Shown here piece after piece: positions 23,474 through 31,755 of a DNA stretch of 64,000 nucleotides. Below the pieces are notes generated by a model. The model was not told the origin of the DNA and ran no database searches. It was given only the letters and a program-made list of their open reading frames with translations. The DNA is taken from NCBI GenBank assembly GCA_963699055.1, contig CAVOTA010000002.1, positions 1,036,430-1,100,429 on the forward strand. Reading direction: 5' to 3'. The stretch is from an uncultured Acidimicrobiales bacterium. Its GTDB lineage: Bacteria; Actinomycetota; Acidimicrobiia; Acidimicrobiales; RAAP-2. Position 1 is the stretch's first letter. Every line of letters starts with the position of its first letter. The translations under genes were made by a program, and so were the position numbers.

Positions 23474-24288
23474 GCCGACCCGGCCACGTCGGGCCGCCTC
23501 CGCAACGGGCGCGGCCACAGCCGGCGCTCCACCACCACGTCGAGCTCGGCGGCGAACGCGGTCAGCACGGTGCCGATCCCGATCCACCACAGCAGGACGA
23601 CGAAGGTGGCGAAGGTCCCGTACAGCGTCCGGTAGTGGCGGAGCTCGTGGGTGACCAGCTGTGCGTCCACGAATTGCAGCAGGGTCCAGCCCACGCCGGC
23701 GACCACCGCGCCCAGCCACAGCGACCGTCGGGCGCCCGGGACCGCCACGACCAGGGCGAAGCCGGCCCAGAACATCAGGATGTTCACACCCAGCGAGCCG
23801 AGCAGCCCGACCAGGGCCGACGCCCGGCCCAGGCCGCCGAAGCTGCCGATGCCGGCCAGCGCCCCACCGGCCACGAAACCGATGCCGAGGACGACGAGGA
23901 AGCCGAGCGCCCGGGGCAGCCACCGGCCGAACGTGGGCAGGTCGGCGCGGGGCACGTCCCACACCGTGGCCATGAGCACCTCGGCGTTGCGGCTGAAGCG
24001 CAGGCAGCCGTAGAGCAGCCAGACCACGAGGACCACGAGCAGGACCACGTTGCGGCCCGACAGGCCGGTGATGTTGGCGCGCAGCTCCTCGCCGACGTCG
24101 GGGAACTGACGGAGGGCGGCGTCGACCACCTCCTGCTGGGCCGCGCGGTGACCGTAGAGCACGATCTCGACGGCGGTGATCAGGACGAGGACGAGCGGGA
24201 ACACGGACAGGAAGGCCCCGTAGGCAACCAGGTTGGCGAGCATGCCGGCCCGGTCGTCCCGGTACTTGACGAAGGTGGCGCCCAACAC
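23443..24288 (-). CDS. YihY/BrkB-family inner membrane protein
   Basis: ORF 23443..24606. The core GMLANLVAYGAFLSVFPLVLVL is followed by multiple TM segments. The start is uncertain; I chose GTG 24288, the first start downstream of the upstream gene's stop at 24375. Confidence 0.7.
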   Translation of the reverse strand: MLGATFVKYRDDRAGMLANLVAYGAFLSVFPLVLVLITAVEIVLYGHRAAQQEVVDAALRQFPDVGEELRANITGLSGRNVVLLVVLVVWLLYGCLRFSRNAEVLMATVWDVPRADLPTFGRWLPRALGFLVVLGIGFVAGGALAGIGSFGGLGRASALVGLLGSLGVNILMFWAGFALVVAVPGARRSLWLGAVVAGVGWTLLQFVDAQLVTHELRHYRTLYGTFATFVVLLWWIGIGTVLTAFAAELDVVVERRLWPRPLRRRPDVAGSAQSTRTGPAT

Positions 24289-24374
24289 GGCCGGGAGCCG
24301 GTGGCGCTGCTGGAAGCCGTCGAGCCGGTCGACCGTACCCGGGCGTGCGCCCCCTCCCCCGGGGCCGGGACCCG

Positions 24375-26097
24375 TCAACCGCCGACCAGACCCTGGCGGC
24401 CGTGCCGACGGAGCTCGTCCAGCAGTCCGGCGACCTCGTCGGTCCCGAGGGGCGCGTACGCCGGCCCGCCGTCTGGGCCGGGGACGCGGCGGAAGACCGG
24501 GTCGTCGCACGCCCACCAGCCGTCCGTGCGCAGCGGGCCCTTGGTCACCTTGCCGCTGGCCGTCTGGGGCAGCGCACCGGTCACCCGGACGAACGCCGGC
24601 GCCCACTTGGTGCCCAGGTCGTCCTGGTCGGCCAGGAAGCGGGCGAAGGCGCCGGGCTCGAAGCTCCGGCCCGGCAGGAGCTCGACCGCCGCCATCACCT
24701 GGTCACCGGCACGGGGGTCGGGCACCGGGTAGACGACCACGGACGCCGCGTCGGGGTAGCGGACCAGCACACGCTCGACGGGGCCGGCCGTCAGGTTCTC
24801 GGAGTCGACGCGCATCCAGTCGCCGCCGCGGCCGGCGAAGTAGAAGAAGCCGTCGGCGTCCCGGTAGGCCAGGTCGCCGGTCCAGTACCAGCCGTTGCGG
24901 ACCCGTTGCGCGGTCGACCCCGGGGTCGCGGTAGTAGCCCTCGAAGCGACCGGTGCCCGATCGGTTCACGATCTCACCGATGGCGGTGGCGCCGTTCGCC
25001 AGGGCGCCGGACGGGTCGAACTCGGCGCGGGGGCACTCCTCCAGGGTCACCGGGTCGAGCACGACCACGTCGTCGGAGGGTGCCCCGAGCGAGCCGACCG
25101 GCGTCCCCGGGACCCGGGTGATGGCGACGCCCCCCTCGCTCGAGCCGTACCCCTCGGTCAGCGTGCACCCGAACCGTCGTTCGAAGGCGGCGTGGTCGGC
25201 CACCGACGCCTCGGTGCCGAACCCGCGGCGCAGGGTGCAGGCGGCGTCGTCCGGTCGCTCGGGGGTGGCGAGCACGTAGGCCAGCGCCTTGCCGACATAG
25301 GTGAAGGTGGTCGCCCCGTACCGGCGGACGTCGGGCAGGAATCCCGAGGCGCTGAACCGGGGGGCGAGCGCCACCGTCGCCCCCACCACGACGCTCGGCC
25401 CCCACAGCACCATCAGCGCGTTGCCGTGGAAGAGCGGCATCGTGCAGTAGGCGACGTCGTCGCGGGCGAAGCCGTAGGCCTCGGCCGACCGCAGGGCGAT
25501 CGAGGCCAGCCGGCCCTGGGTGCAACGGACGGCCTTCGGGTCCCCCGTCGTCCCGGAGGTGAACAGCAGCAGGTAGGGGTCGCCGGGCACGGGAGCCGAC
25601 CGGGCCGCCACCGCCGCGGCCGGCGTGCCGGCGTGGGCGGCCACCCGGGCCGCGTACCCGGGGTCGTCCACCCGCAGGACGCGGTCGGGCGGGACACCGA
25701 TGTCGAGTCCGTCGAGCAGGGCGGCGCCGGCGGCGTCGGTCACCAGCACCCGGCAGTCGGTGCGCCGGACGTCGCCGGCCAGGGCCTCGCCCCGCCGCGT
25801 CGGGTTGACCCCCACGACCACCGCGCCCGCCAGGGCCGCCGCCCCCAGCCAGAACAGGTACTCGGGCTCGTTGCCGAGGAGCACGCCGACGTGCGGAGGC
25901 TGCAGATCGCCGAAGGAGCGCAGCAGCCCCGCCCGGGCCGCCGACGCCGCCACCGAGGCCGCCCACGTCCACCGGTCCTCCCCGGCGACCACCGCCGTGC
26001 CCCCGTCGTCGGCCCGCGCCAGCAGCAGGTCGGCGACGCTCGGCGATCCCTCGGGGAACCCGTCGGGGAACTCGTCCGACACCTCGGGGGGCGTCAT
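24375..26097 (-). CDS. Acyl-CoA synthetase (FadD-like), frame interrupted by one extra base near 24918-24925
   Basis: The N-terminal part (LLFTSGTTGDPKAV, TEGYGSSEGG, GRFEGYYRDP) lies in the frame of ORF 24703..26817. The continuation (GSTAQRVRNGWYWTGDLAYRDADGFFYFAGRGGDWMRVDSENL...PQTASGKV) lies in the frame of ORF 24375..24815. The ATG at 26097 overlaps the thioesterase stop. Confidence 0.85.
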
Positions 26098-26879
26098 GGT
26101 GCCGGCTCCACCAACAGGTCCTGGACCACCCGGCCGATCCTCCCCTGCCGGTCCCACAGGACCGCCTCGGCGCTCCCGATCCCCGGGGCGCCGAACCGGG
26201 TGCGGGCGTCCACGCAGACCCACTCCCCCACCGGCGGTCGCACCAGTGAGACGGTCAGGTCGGGGTTGATGAACAGGGCGGAGCGGAAGTCCAGCTCGGC
26301 GCTGATGCCGTTCGAGAAGTCGGCCGCCGCCACGGCCCGCTGCGCCGGCGAGGGCTCCTCGCCGGCGACGACGGGGAACCGGAGGCGGAACCAGGCGGCG
26401 GCCGGTCCCCGCCGGTCGAACCGTCCGGCCACGAAGCGGATCTCCATCCCCCGGTTGTGGAAGGCGGTGTAGTCCTCGAGGTTCGAGGTGAGCGCGGTAC
26501 CCGCCTCGGGTCCCGCCGGGACCGGCTCCTCGGGCCCCGCCGTCGGCGGGACGGGCAACGTGGGGTCGACCCGGACCCGGAGCGTCCGACCCCACGCGAC
26601 CTCCCGGCCGTCCTGGGTCACCACGGTGTCCACGAGCTGGACCCGGCGACCGGGACGCACCACCCGGCTGGTCACCTCGAGCGGCGTGGTGGCCACCGGG
26701 CGCAGGAGTTCCAGGGTCAGCCGGGTCGGGGCCAGGTCGTCGTCCCTGACGAGACGCTCGACCGACCGGGTGACGGCGGCGGCCACCGGGCCTCCGTGGA
26801 GCGATTCCGGCGACCACGGGCCCCGCGCCAGGTCGGTCGGCACCAGCACGTCACCGTCGGACACGAAGAGCGAGGTCAT
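26094..26879 (-). CDS. Thioesterase-superfamily protein (acyl-CoA thioesterase-like, double hot-dog size)
   Basis: ORF 26094..26891, with ATG at 26879 (alternative GTG 26891). The assignment rests on size, overall sequence character and stop-start coupling to the acyl-CoA synthetase. No strict motif was seen. Confidence 0.6.
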   Translation of the reverse strand: MTSLFVSDGDVLVPTDLARGPWSPESLHGGPVAAAVTRSVERLVRDDDLAPTRLTLELLRPVATTPLEVTSRVVRPGRRVQLVDTVVTQDGREVAWGRTLRVRVDPTLPVPPTAGPEEPVPAGPEAGTALTSNLEDYTAFHNRGMEIRFVAGRFDRRGPAAAWFRLRFPVVAGEEPSPAQRAVAAADFSNGISAELDFRSALFINPDLTVSLVRPPVGEWVCVDARTRFGAPGIGSAEAVLWDRQGRIGRVVQDLLVEPAP

Positions 26880-27022
26880 GGCATGGCCCACGGCCGTCGT
26901 CCGGTCATGGGCGCGACGCTACCGGTGGTCGGTGCCCGCAGTCGCGCCTACCATCGGGTCGCCCCGTCCCGGGACCGCCAGCGGACCGGACGGGCGACCA
27001 CCGACGACACCGAAGGAGCACC

Positions 27023-27406
27023 ATGGGACAGCGCACGGCAGAGATCGACATCGACGGCTCGCCCGAGGCCGTATGGGCCCTCGCCGGTGACTTCGGCGGG
27101 ATCGGCGACTGGATGCCCGGCATGGAGTCGTGCCGGGTCGAGGGTGACAACCGCATCCTCGACACGATGGGCATGACCATCACCGAGCGGCTGGTGTCCA
27201 AGGACGACGACGGACGGGTCATCACGTACTCCATCGTCGACGGTGTGCCCGTCGAGTCCCACGAGGCCACCATCACCGTGACCTCCGCGGGCGACGGCAG
27301 CCATGTCTCCTGGGTGGTGGACGCCGCCCCCGACGAGATGGCCGACCTCATGCAGGCCGTCTACCAGCAGTCCCTCGAGGCGCTGAAGGCCCGCGTCGAG
27401 GCATGA
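27023..27406 (+). CDS. SRPBCC-family protein (polyketide cyclase/dehydrase-like)
   Basis: ORF 27023..27406 preceded by GAAGGAG. It has a typical SRPBCC N-terminus (IDIDGSPEAVWALAGDFGGIGDWMP). Confidence 0.72.
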   Translation: MGQRTAEIDIDGSPEAVWALAGDFGGIGDWMPGMESCRVEGDNRILDTMGMTITERLVSKDDDGRVITYSIVDGVPVESHEATITVTSAGDGSHVSWVVDAAPDEMADLMQAVYQQSLEALKARVEA

Positions 27407-27897
27407 CGGGTCCGGGCACGGACCGGGGGTCGGACGGCGCCGCCGGTCCGGGTCGCACGGGGTCGTACGTCTACCGCGTCGAGGCGCGGAGCGAGGCACC
27501 CGTCGCCCAGGTGTGGCCACTCCTGGGCGAGGCCCGTCGGTGGCGCGACTGGTCGTTCCTCACCGCATCGGGGCTCGAACGCGACGGGTCACCCGACCCC
27601 GACGGGGTCGGTGCCGTCCGCCACTTCACCCGGTACGGGATGGGCTCGCGGGAGGAGGTCGTGGCCTGGGACCCGCCGGGCCACCTCGCCTACCGGATCC
27701 TCAGCGGGTTCCCCGTCCGCGACTACCGGGCCGACATCACCCTGGAACCCGACGGTGCGGGCACCCGGATCGAGTGGGCCGGCTCCTACGAGCCGCGGTG
27801 GCCGGGGACGGGGCGGCTGCTGCAGGCGGTGGTCCCGAAGATGATGCAGCGGTTCGCCGACGATGTCGCCCGGTACGCCACCGACCACCGGACCTGA
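27403..27897 (+). CDS. SRPBCC-family protein
   Basis: ORF 27403..27897, coupled to the previous gene by an ATGA overlap. It carries APVAQVWPLLGEARRWRDW and a C-terminal helix typical of the fold. Confidence 0.65.
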   Translation: MTGPGTDRGSDGAAGPGRTGSYVYRVEARSEAPVAQVWPLLGEARRWRDWSFLTASGLERDGSPDPDGVGAVRHFTRYGMGSREEVVAWDPPGHLAYRILSGFPVRDYRADITLEPDGAGTRIEWAGSYEPRWPGTGRLLQAVVPKMMQRFADDVARYATDHRT

Positions 27898-27975
27898 CCG
27901 ACACCGGACGTCCGCCCGGAGGTCCGACCGGGCGTCATCGGGCGGGGTGCGGCCCGGACGGCCCCGGCCGGTGCC

Positions 27976-29361
27976 CTAACCCCCGACCGACGCCAGACGC
28001 GCCGCCCGCCGCTCGACCTCGTGACGGGCCCGGTCGACGTCGACGGTGAGCACGACGCCGTCGGCCACCACCGGTGAGCCCCCGACCCAGACGTCGGTCA
28101 CCTGCCGGCTCGAGCCCGACCACACCAGGTGCTCGACCAGCATGGCGTCGTCGAGCAGCGGTACGAACGCCGGGTGGTCGAGGGCGACCGCCACCATGTC
28201 GGCCAGGGCGCCGGGGGCGAGCACGCCGAGATCGGGCCGACCCAGTGCCTCACCGGCTCCCCGGGTGGCGAGGTCGAGTGCGACGGCCGCCGGCAGGGCG
28301 GCGGCGTCGCCGCCGCGGATGCGGGCCAGCATGGCGGCCAGGCGCACCTCCTCCCACAGGTCCAGGTCGTTGTTCGACGCCGGCCCGTCGGTCCCGAGCC
28401 CGACCCGTACGCCGGCGGCCAGCAGGTCGACCACCGGGGCGATGCCCGACGCCAGCTTGGCGTTCGACTGGGGGCAGTGGGCCACGGCCACGTCGGCGGC
28501 GGCGTAGGTGGCGATGTCCTCCTCCGAGAGCCAGATGCTGTGGGCGGCCAGGACCCGGCCGTCGAAGACCCCCGCATCGGCCAGGACCCGGGGCACCGAG
28601 CCGCCGTGCTCGGCGACGAAGGCGTCCCCCTCGTGGGCCGTCTCCGCCAGGTGCAGGTGGAAGAGTGCGCCCCGGTCACGGGCGGCGGCGGCGGTGTCGA
28701 CCAGACCCGGCAGAGGGACCGTGTAGGCGGCGTGGGCGGCGAATCCGACCTCGAGCCGGCCGGCCTCCCCGTCGCGCCGGGCGTGGAAGTCGGCGAAGCG
28801 GTCCAGGCTGGAGGTCCACCACGCCCCTCCCGCCTCGGCCCCCGGCAGCTGGAGCACCCCGGGGGTGAGCAGGGCCCGGCTCCCGGCATGGAGGACGGCG
28901 TCGGCGTTGGCGTCCTCGTGGAAGTACATCTCACACGAGGTGGTCACACCGAAGGCCAGCAGCTCGGCGGCGGCCAGGGTCATGCCCCAGTAGACGTCCT
29001 CAGGCTCGAGGTGGGCCTCGCGTGGCCACAGGACCTCGTGCAGCCAGCGCAGGAGCGGCAGGTTCTCCCCCGTCCCCCGGAACAGGGTCATCGCCGAGTG
29101 GCAGTGGGTGTTCACGAAGCCGGGCAGGAGGGCACCCCGGACGGTGATCTCGGCCGTCGCCGGGTCTCCGGACGCCCGCAGGTCCGAGGGCGTCCCGACC
29201 CGGGCCACCCGGTCCCCGGCCACCTCGACGGCGCCGGGTCGCAGGACGCCACCGTCGACGGTGCACGGGACGACGGCGTCGGCCACGTAGCGCACCACGG
29301 GCGACCCGACCGGGGAGGCGGGCGAGGGATCCCGTTCCTGGATCGGTGGGGCGGACGGCAC
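27976..29361 (-). CDS. Amidohydrolase (MtaD / guanine-deaminase-like metal-dependent deaminase)
   Basis: ORF 27976..29361. Motifs GFVNTHCHSAM (HxH), FHLHLAET, VAHCPQSNAKL and GLGTDGPASNN are present. The GTG start is uncertain. Confidence 0.82.
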   Translation of the reverse strand: MPSAPPIQERDPSPASPVGSPVVRYVADAVVPCTVDGGVLRPGAVEVAGDRVARVGTPSDLRASGDPATAEITVRGALLPGFVNTHCHSAMTLFRGTGENLPLLRWLHEVLWPREAHLEPEDVYWGMTLAAAELLAFGVTTSCEMYFHEDANADAVLHAGSRALLTPGVLQLPGAEAGGAWWTSSLDRFADFHARRDGEAGRLEVGFAAHAAYTVPLPGLVDTAAAARDRGALFHLHLAETAHEGDAFVAEHGGSVPRVLADAGVFDGRVLAAHSIWLSEEDIATYAAADVAVAHCPQSNAKLASGIAPVVDLLAAGVRVGLGTDGPASNNDLDLWEEVRLAAMLARIRGGDAAALPAAVALDLATRGAGEALGRPDLGVLAPGALADMVAVALDHPAFVPLLDDAMLVEHLVWSGSSRQVTDVWVGGSPVVADGVVLTVDVDRARHEVERRAARLASVGG

Positions 29362-29537
29362 ACGGTCACCCTACGGTGCCCGACCGGGGGCCCGCAGGAC
29401 CTCCCGGCCCCCGGAGGAGGGGCCACCGGTCCGGGAGGCGGGGGCTGTCCCACAGGGAGCCGAACCGCTGGTCGAGGGCACCATGCGTGGCATTTCGGCC
29501 GGATGGGTAGCAGGATGACCACCGAGAGTCGCATCGG

Positions 29538-29566
29538 TTGTGATGCCTCGCCATTTCCTTTATGTT
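29538..29566 (+). promoter_or_regulatory. Candidate sigma70-type promoter upstream of the Ig-repeat gene cluster
   Basis: TTGTGA at 29538-29543, a 17-nt spacer, then TATGTT at 29561-29566. It sits in a locally low-GC patch. Confidence 0.35.
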
Positions 29567-29691
29567 GCACCTGTCACCACAAGAGAGGTGATCCAGAGGG
29601 GCAGCACAGGTTTCGGTACGGGCCGTGACGGACGTGCACTGTGCCGAGCGGGCCTCACTCTGGTGGGCAGAGAGCGCAGGAGGGCGGGACC

Positions 29692-29778
29692 ATGATCAGG
29701 TCCTCGCAGTTGGAGAGGGCGTCGGTGGCTGCCCGCACCGGCCGCGCCCTGACCGCCCCCCACGGAGCTCCCGCATGA
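29692..29778 (+). CDS. 28-codon upstream ORF (MIRSSQLERASVAARTGRALTAPHGAPA)
   Basis: The ATG is preceded by AGGAGGG at 7-8 nt. Its TGA stop overlaps the ATG of the downstream gene at 29775 (ATGA). Confidence 0.3.
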   Translation: MIRSSQLERASVAARTGRALTAPHGAPA

Positions 29779-30767
29779 CCAACGCCATGAAGCGCAACCC
29801 CCGCGGGGGCAACGGTCCCCGCGTCATGCTCTACGTCCTCGGCGTCATCGTCGCCCTGATGGCGGCGCTGCTGGTCAAGACGACCGCCATCGACAACTCC
29901 GGCCTCTCGAAGTCCGCCAGCCTGGCGAGCTACAACCCCCTGACGGTCGCCCCCATCGCCAACCAGTCGTCCGACACCGGCGTGCCGGTCCCGCCGATCT
30001 CACCGACGGCGACCGACTCGCAGACCTCGCCCTTCCCCGTGATCACCTGGTCGGCCTCCGGACTGCCGCCGGGCATCACCATCGCCCGCTCCTCGGGCCT
30101 GATCTCCGGCACGCCCACGCTGGCCGGCACCTACCAGGTGACCGTGACCGCCCGGGACAACGCCCACCCGCCGACCTTCGGCTATGCGTCGTTCAACTGG
30201 TACGTCGGCAACATGGCGCCGATCATCTCCAAGATCGTCCCCGTGGTCAGCCAAGGGGTCGGCGGCATCCGCGTGGTGATCACCGGGAGGAACTTCACCG
30301 ACGCCTCGGCGGTCGACTTCGGCGGGATCAACTCGGGCAGCCTGACCGTCAACCGGGTCGGCACCCGGATCGTGACCTTCGCCCCGGCCGATACGGCGGG
30401 CACCGTCGACGTGACCGTCACCGCACTCGGCGGCACCAGCGCCGCGGTCCCGACCGACGAGTTCACCTACCTGTCCCCCCAGATCACGGTCGTCTCGAAC
30501 GTGACCGGCACCACCACGGGCGGCACCCGGGTCCGCATCAGCGGTTCCGGACTCTCCGGGGCCACCTCGGTGCTCTTCGGCGGCGTGGCGAGTCCGGACT
30601 TCCGGGTGCGTCACAACGGCACCCTCCTCACGGCGGTCGCCCCTCCGGACTCCACCGGCACCGTGTCCATCGTGGTCACCACGCCGGGCGGGACCGTGTC
30701 GACCTCCGGCCGCTACGACTTCACCTACGTGGTGACCCAGCCGGCCAACTCCCACAAGAAGAAGTAG
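29775..30767 (+). CDS. Membrane-anchored protein with one putative-Ig (He_PIG-like) domain and two IPT/TIG domains
   Basis: ORF 29625..30767, with ATG at 29775 after GGAG. It has an N-terminal TM helix (VMLYVLGVIVALMAALLV). The He_PIG-like segment is WSASGLPPGITIARSSGLISGTPTLAGTYQVTVTARD. Two ...GG.RV.ITG..F..A.AV.FGG... units follow. Confidence 0.8.
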   Translation: MTNAMKRNPRGGNGPRVMLYVLGVIVALMAALLVKTTAIDNSGLSKSASLASYNPLTVAPIANQSSDTGVPVPPISPTATDSQTSPFPVITWSASGLPPGITIARSSGLISGTPTLAGTYQVTVTARDNAHPPTFGYASFNWYVGNMAPIISKIVPVVSQGVGGIRVVITGRNFTDASAVDFGGINSGSLTVNRVGTRIVTFAPADTAGTVDVTVTALGGTSAAVPTDEFTYLSPQITVVSNVTGTTTGGTRVRISGSGLSGATSVLFGGVASPDFRVRHNGTLLTAVAPPDSTGTVSIVVTTPGGTVSTSGRYDFTYVVTQPANSHKKK

Positions 30768-30859
30768 CGCCCACGGGCGTGACGCCCGGTCACCACTCCT
30801 GACGCCCGACCGGTCCGCCGGCCGGGCGTCGTGCCGTACGGACCGTTCGGGGCGCACCC

Positions 30860-30945
30860 ACTTCCTGCGGCGCAGGCCGAACAGCGCCCACCCGCGGCAC
30901 CTACTTCCTGCGGCGCAGGCCGAACAGCCCCCACCGGCGGCACGC
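30860..30945. repeat. Two tandem copies of a 43-bp unit, each with the 13-bp palindrome CCTGCGGCGCAGG
   Basis: ACTTCCTGCGGCGCAGGCCGAACAGC occurs at 30860-30885 and again at 30903-30928. The palindromes are at 30864-30876 and 30907-30919. Confidence 0.85.
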
Positions 30946-31056
30946 CCCTCAGTCGGTCGGCCAGGGAGCCGGTCGCGGCCGGTGCGGGCGGAACCGTCGG
31001 CCCGGCCGGTACAGCCGAGGTGCCGCACGGGGACCAGCACCGATAGCGTCTGACGC

Positions 31057-31461
31057 ATGACCACGGGGTCCATCGATCCGATCGAGTGGAGTCGCCTGCT
31101 CAGCTGGTACGTCAGCGCCTCGGATCTGCTCGAGGACCTGGACGCATGCCGGATCCTCGCGCATTCCATGCTGGAGGGCTCCACCACCGCCAACGCCGCC
31201 ATGGCCGGCACCCTGGACGAACTGACCAGCCGGGCCGAGCTGTGGCTCGTCTCCCACCCCTGCCCCGAGCCCTGGAACGGTGACCACCTGGCCGCCATCG
31301 TCTTCGGCTACATGACGTTCGGCTCGATCATGGAAGAGGCGGATTGGGACCGTGACGAGGCCGACCGGGTCACGCTGAAGACACTGGTGGCCGAAGGCGA
31401 CCTGTTGGTCGACGAGGTGAGGGAGCTTGTCGTCCGGCTGAACCGCGTCCTCGACCTCTGA
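31057..31461 (+). CDS. Hypothetical acidic protein (134 aa)
   Basis: ORF 31057..31461 has a protein-like composition rather than the Arg/Pro/Gly-rich pattern of spurious frames. No family is recognised. Confidence 0.55.
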   Translation: MTTGSIDPIEWSRLLSWYVSASDLLEDLDACRILAHSMLEGSTTANAAMAGTLDELTSRAELWLVSHPCPEPWNGDHLAAIVFGYMTFGSIMEEADWDRDEADRVTLKTLVAEGDLLVDEVRELVVRLNRVLDL

Positions 31462-31755
31462 AGGGATCCGACCGTCGGCCGCCACCGAGGGGGGCAAGGG
31501 TCCGGATTAGACGTGCCGGACACGGAGCACCCCGTCGGCAGTGGAGGCAGGCTGGGAGGCGGCGGTCGGCGGGTGAACGGACCGGGATGGTTGACGGCCG
31601 GAGCCGACGGCTGCGGGGTGACGGGCCGGCCGCCGTCGCGGACGCCCGTCATCTACCGACCGAGTCCGCCGGGCGGGACGGACCCCGGGGCCGCGGTCCG
31701 GGGTGTCCCGCCGGACGGTCACCCCTTCGGGGGCCGTCCGGCGGGATCCGGGAAC

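Noticed and set aside
30859-30945. Minus-strand reading ...GLFGLRRRK-stop in the 43-bp repeats, resembling the tail of a C-terminal sorting signal
   Set aside because: An in-frame stop lies only 15 codons upstream and there is no preceding ORF. It is at best a decayed remnant.
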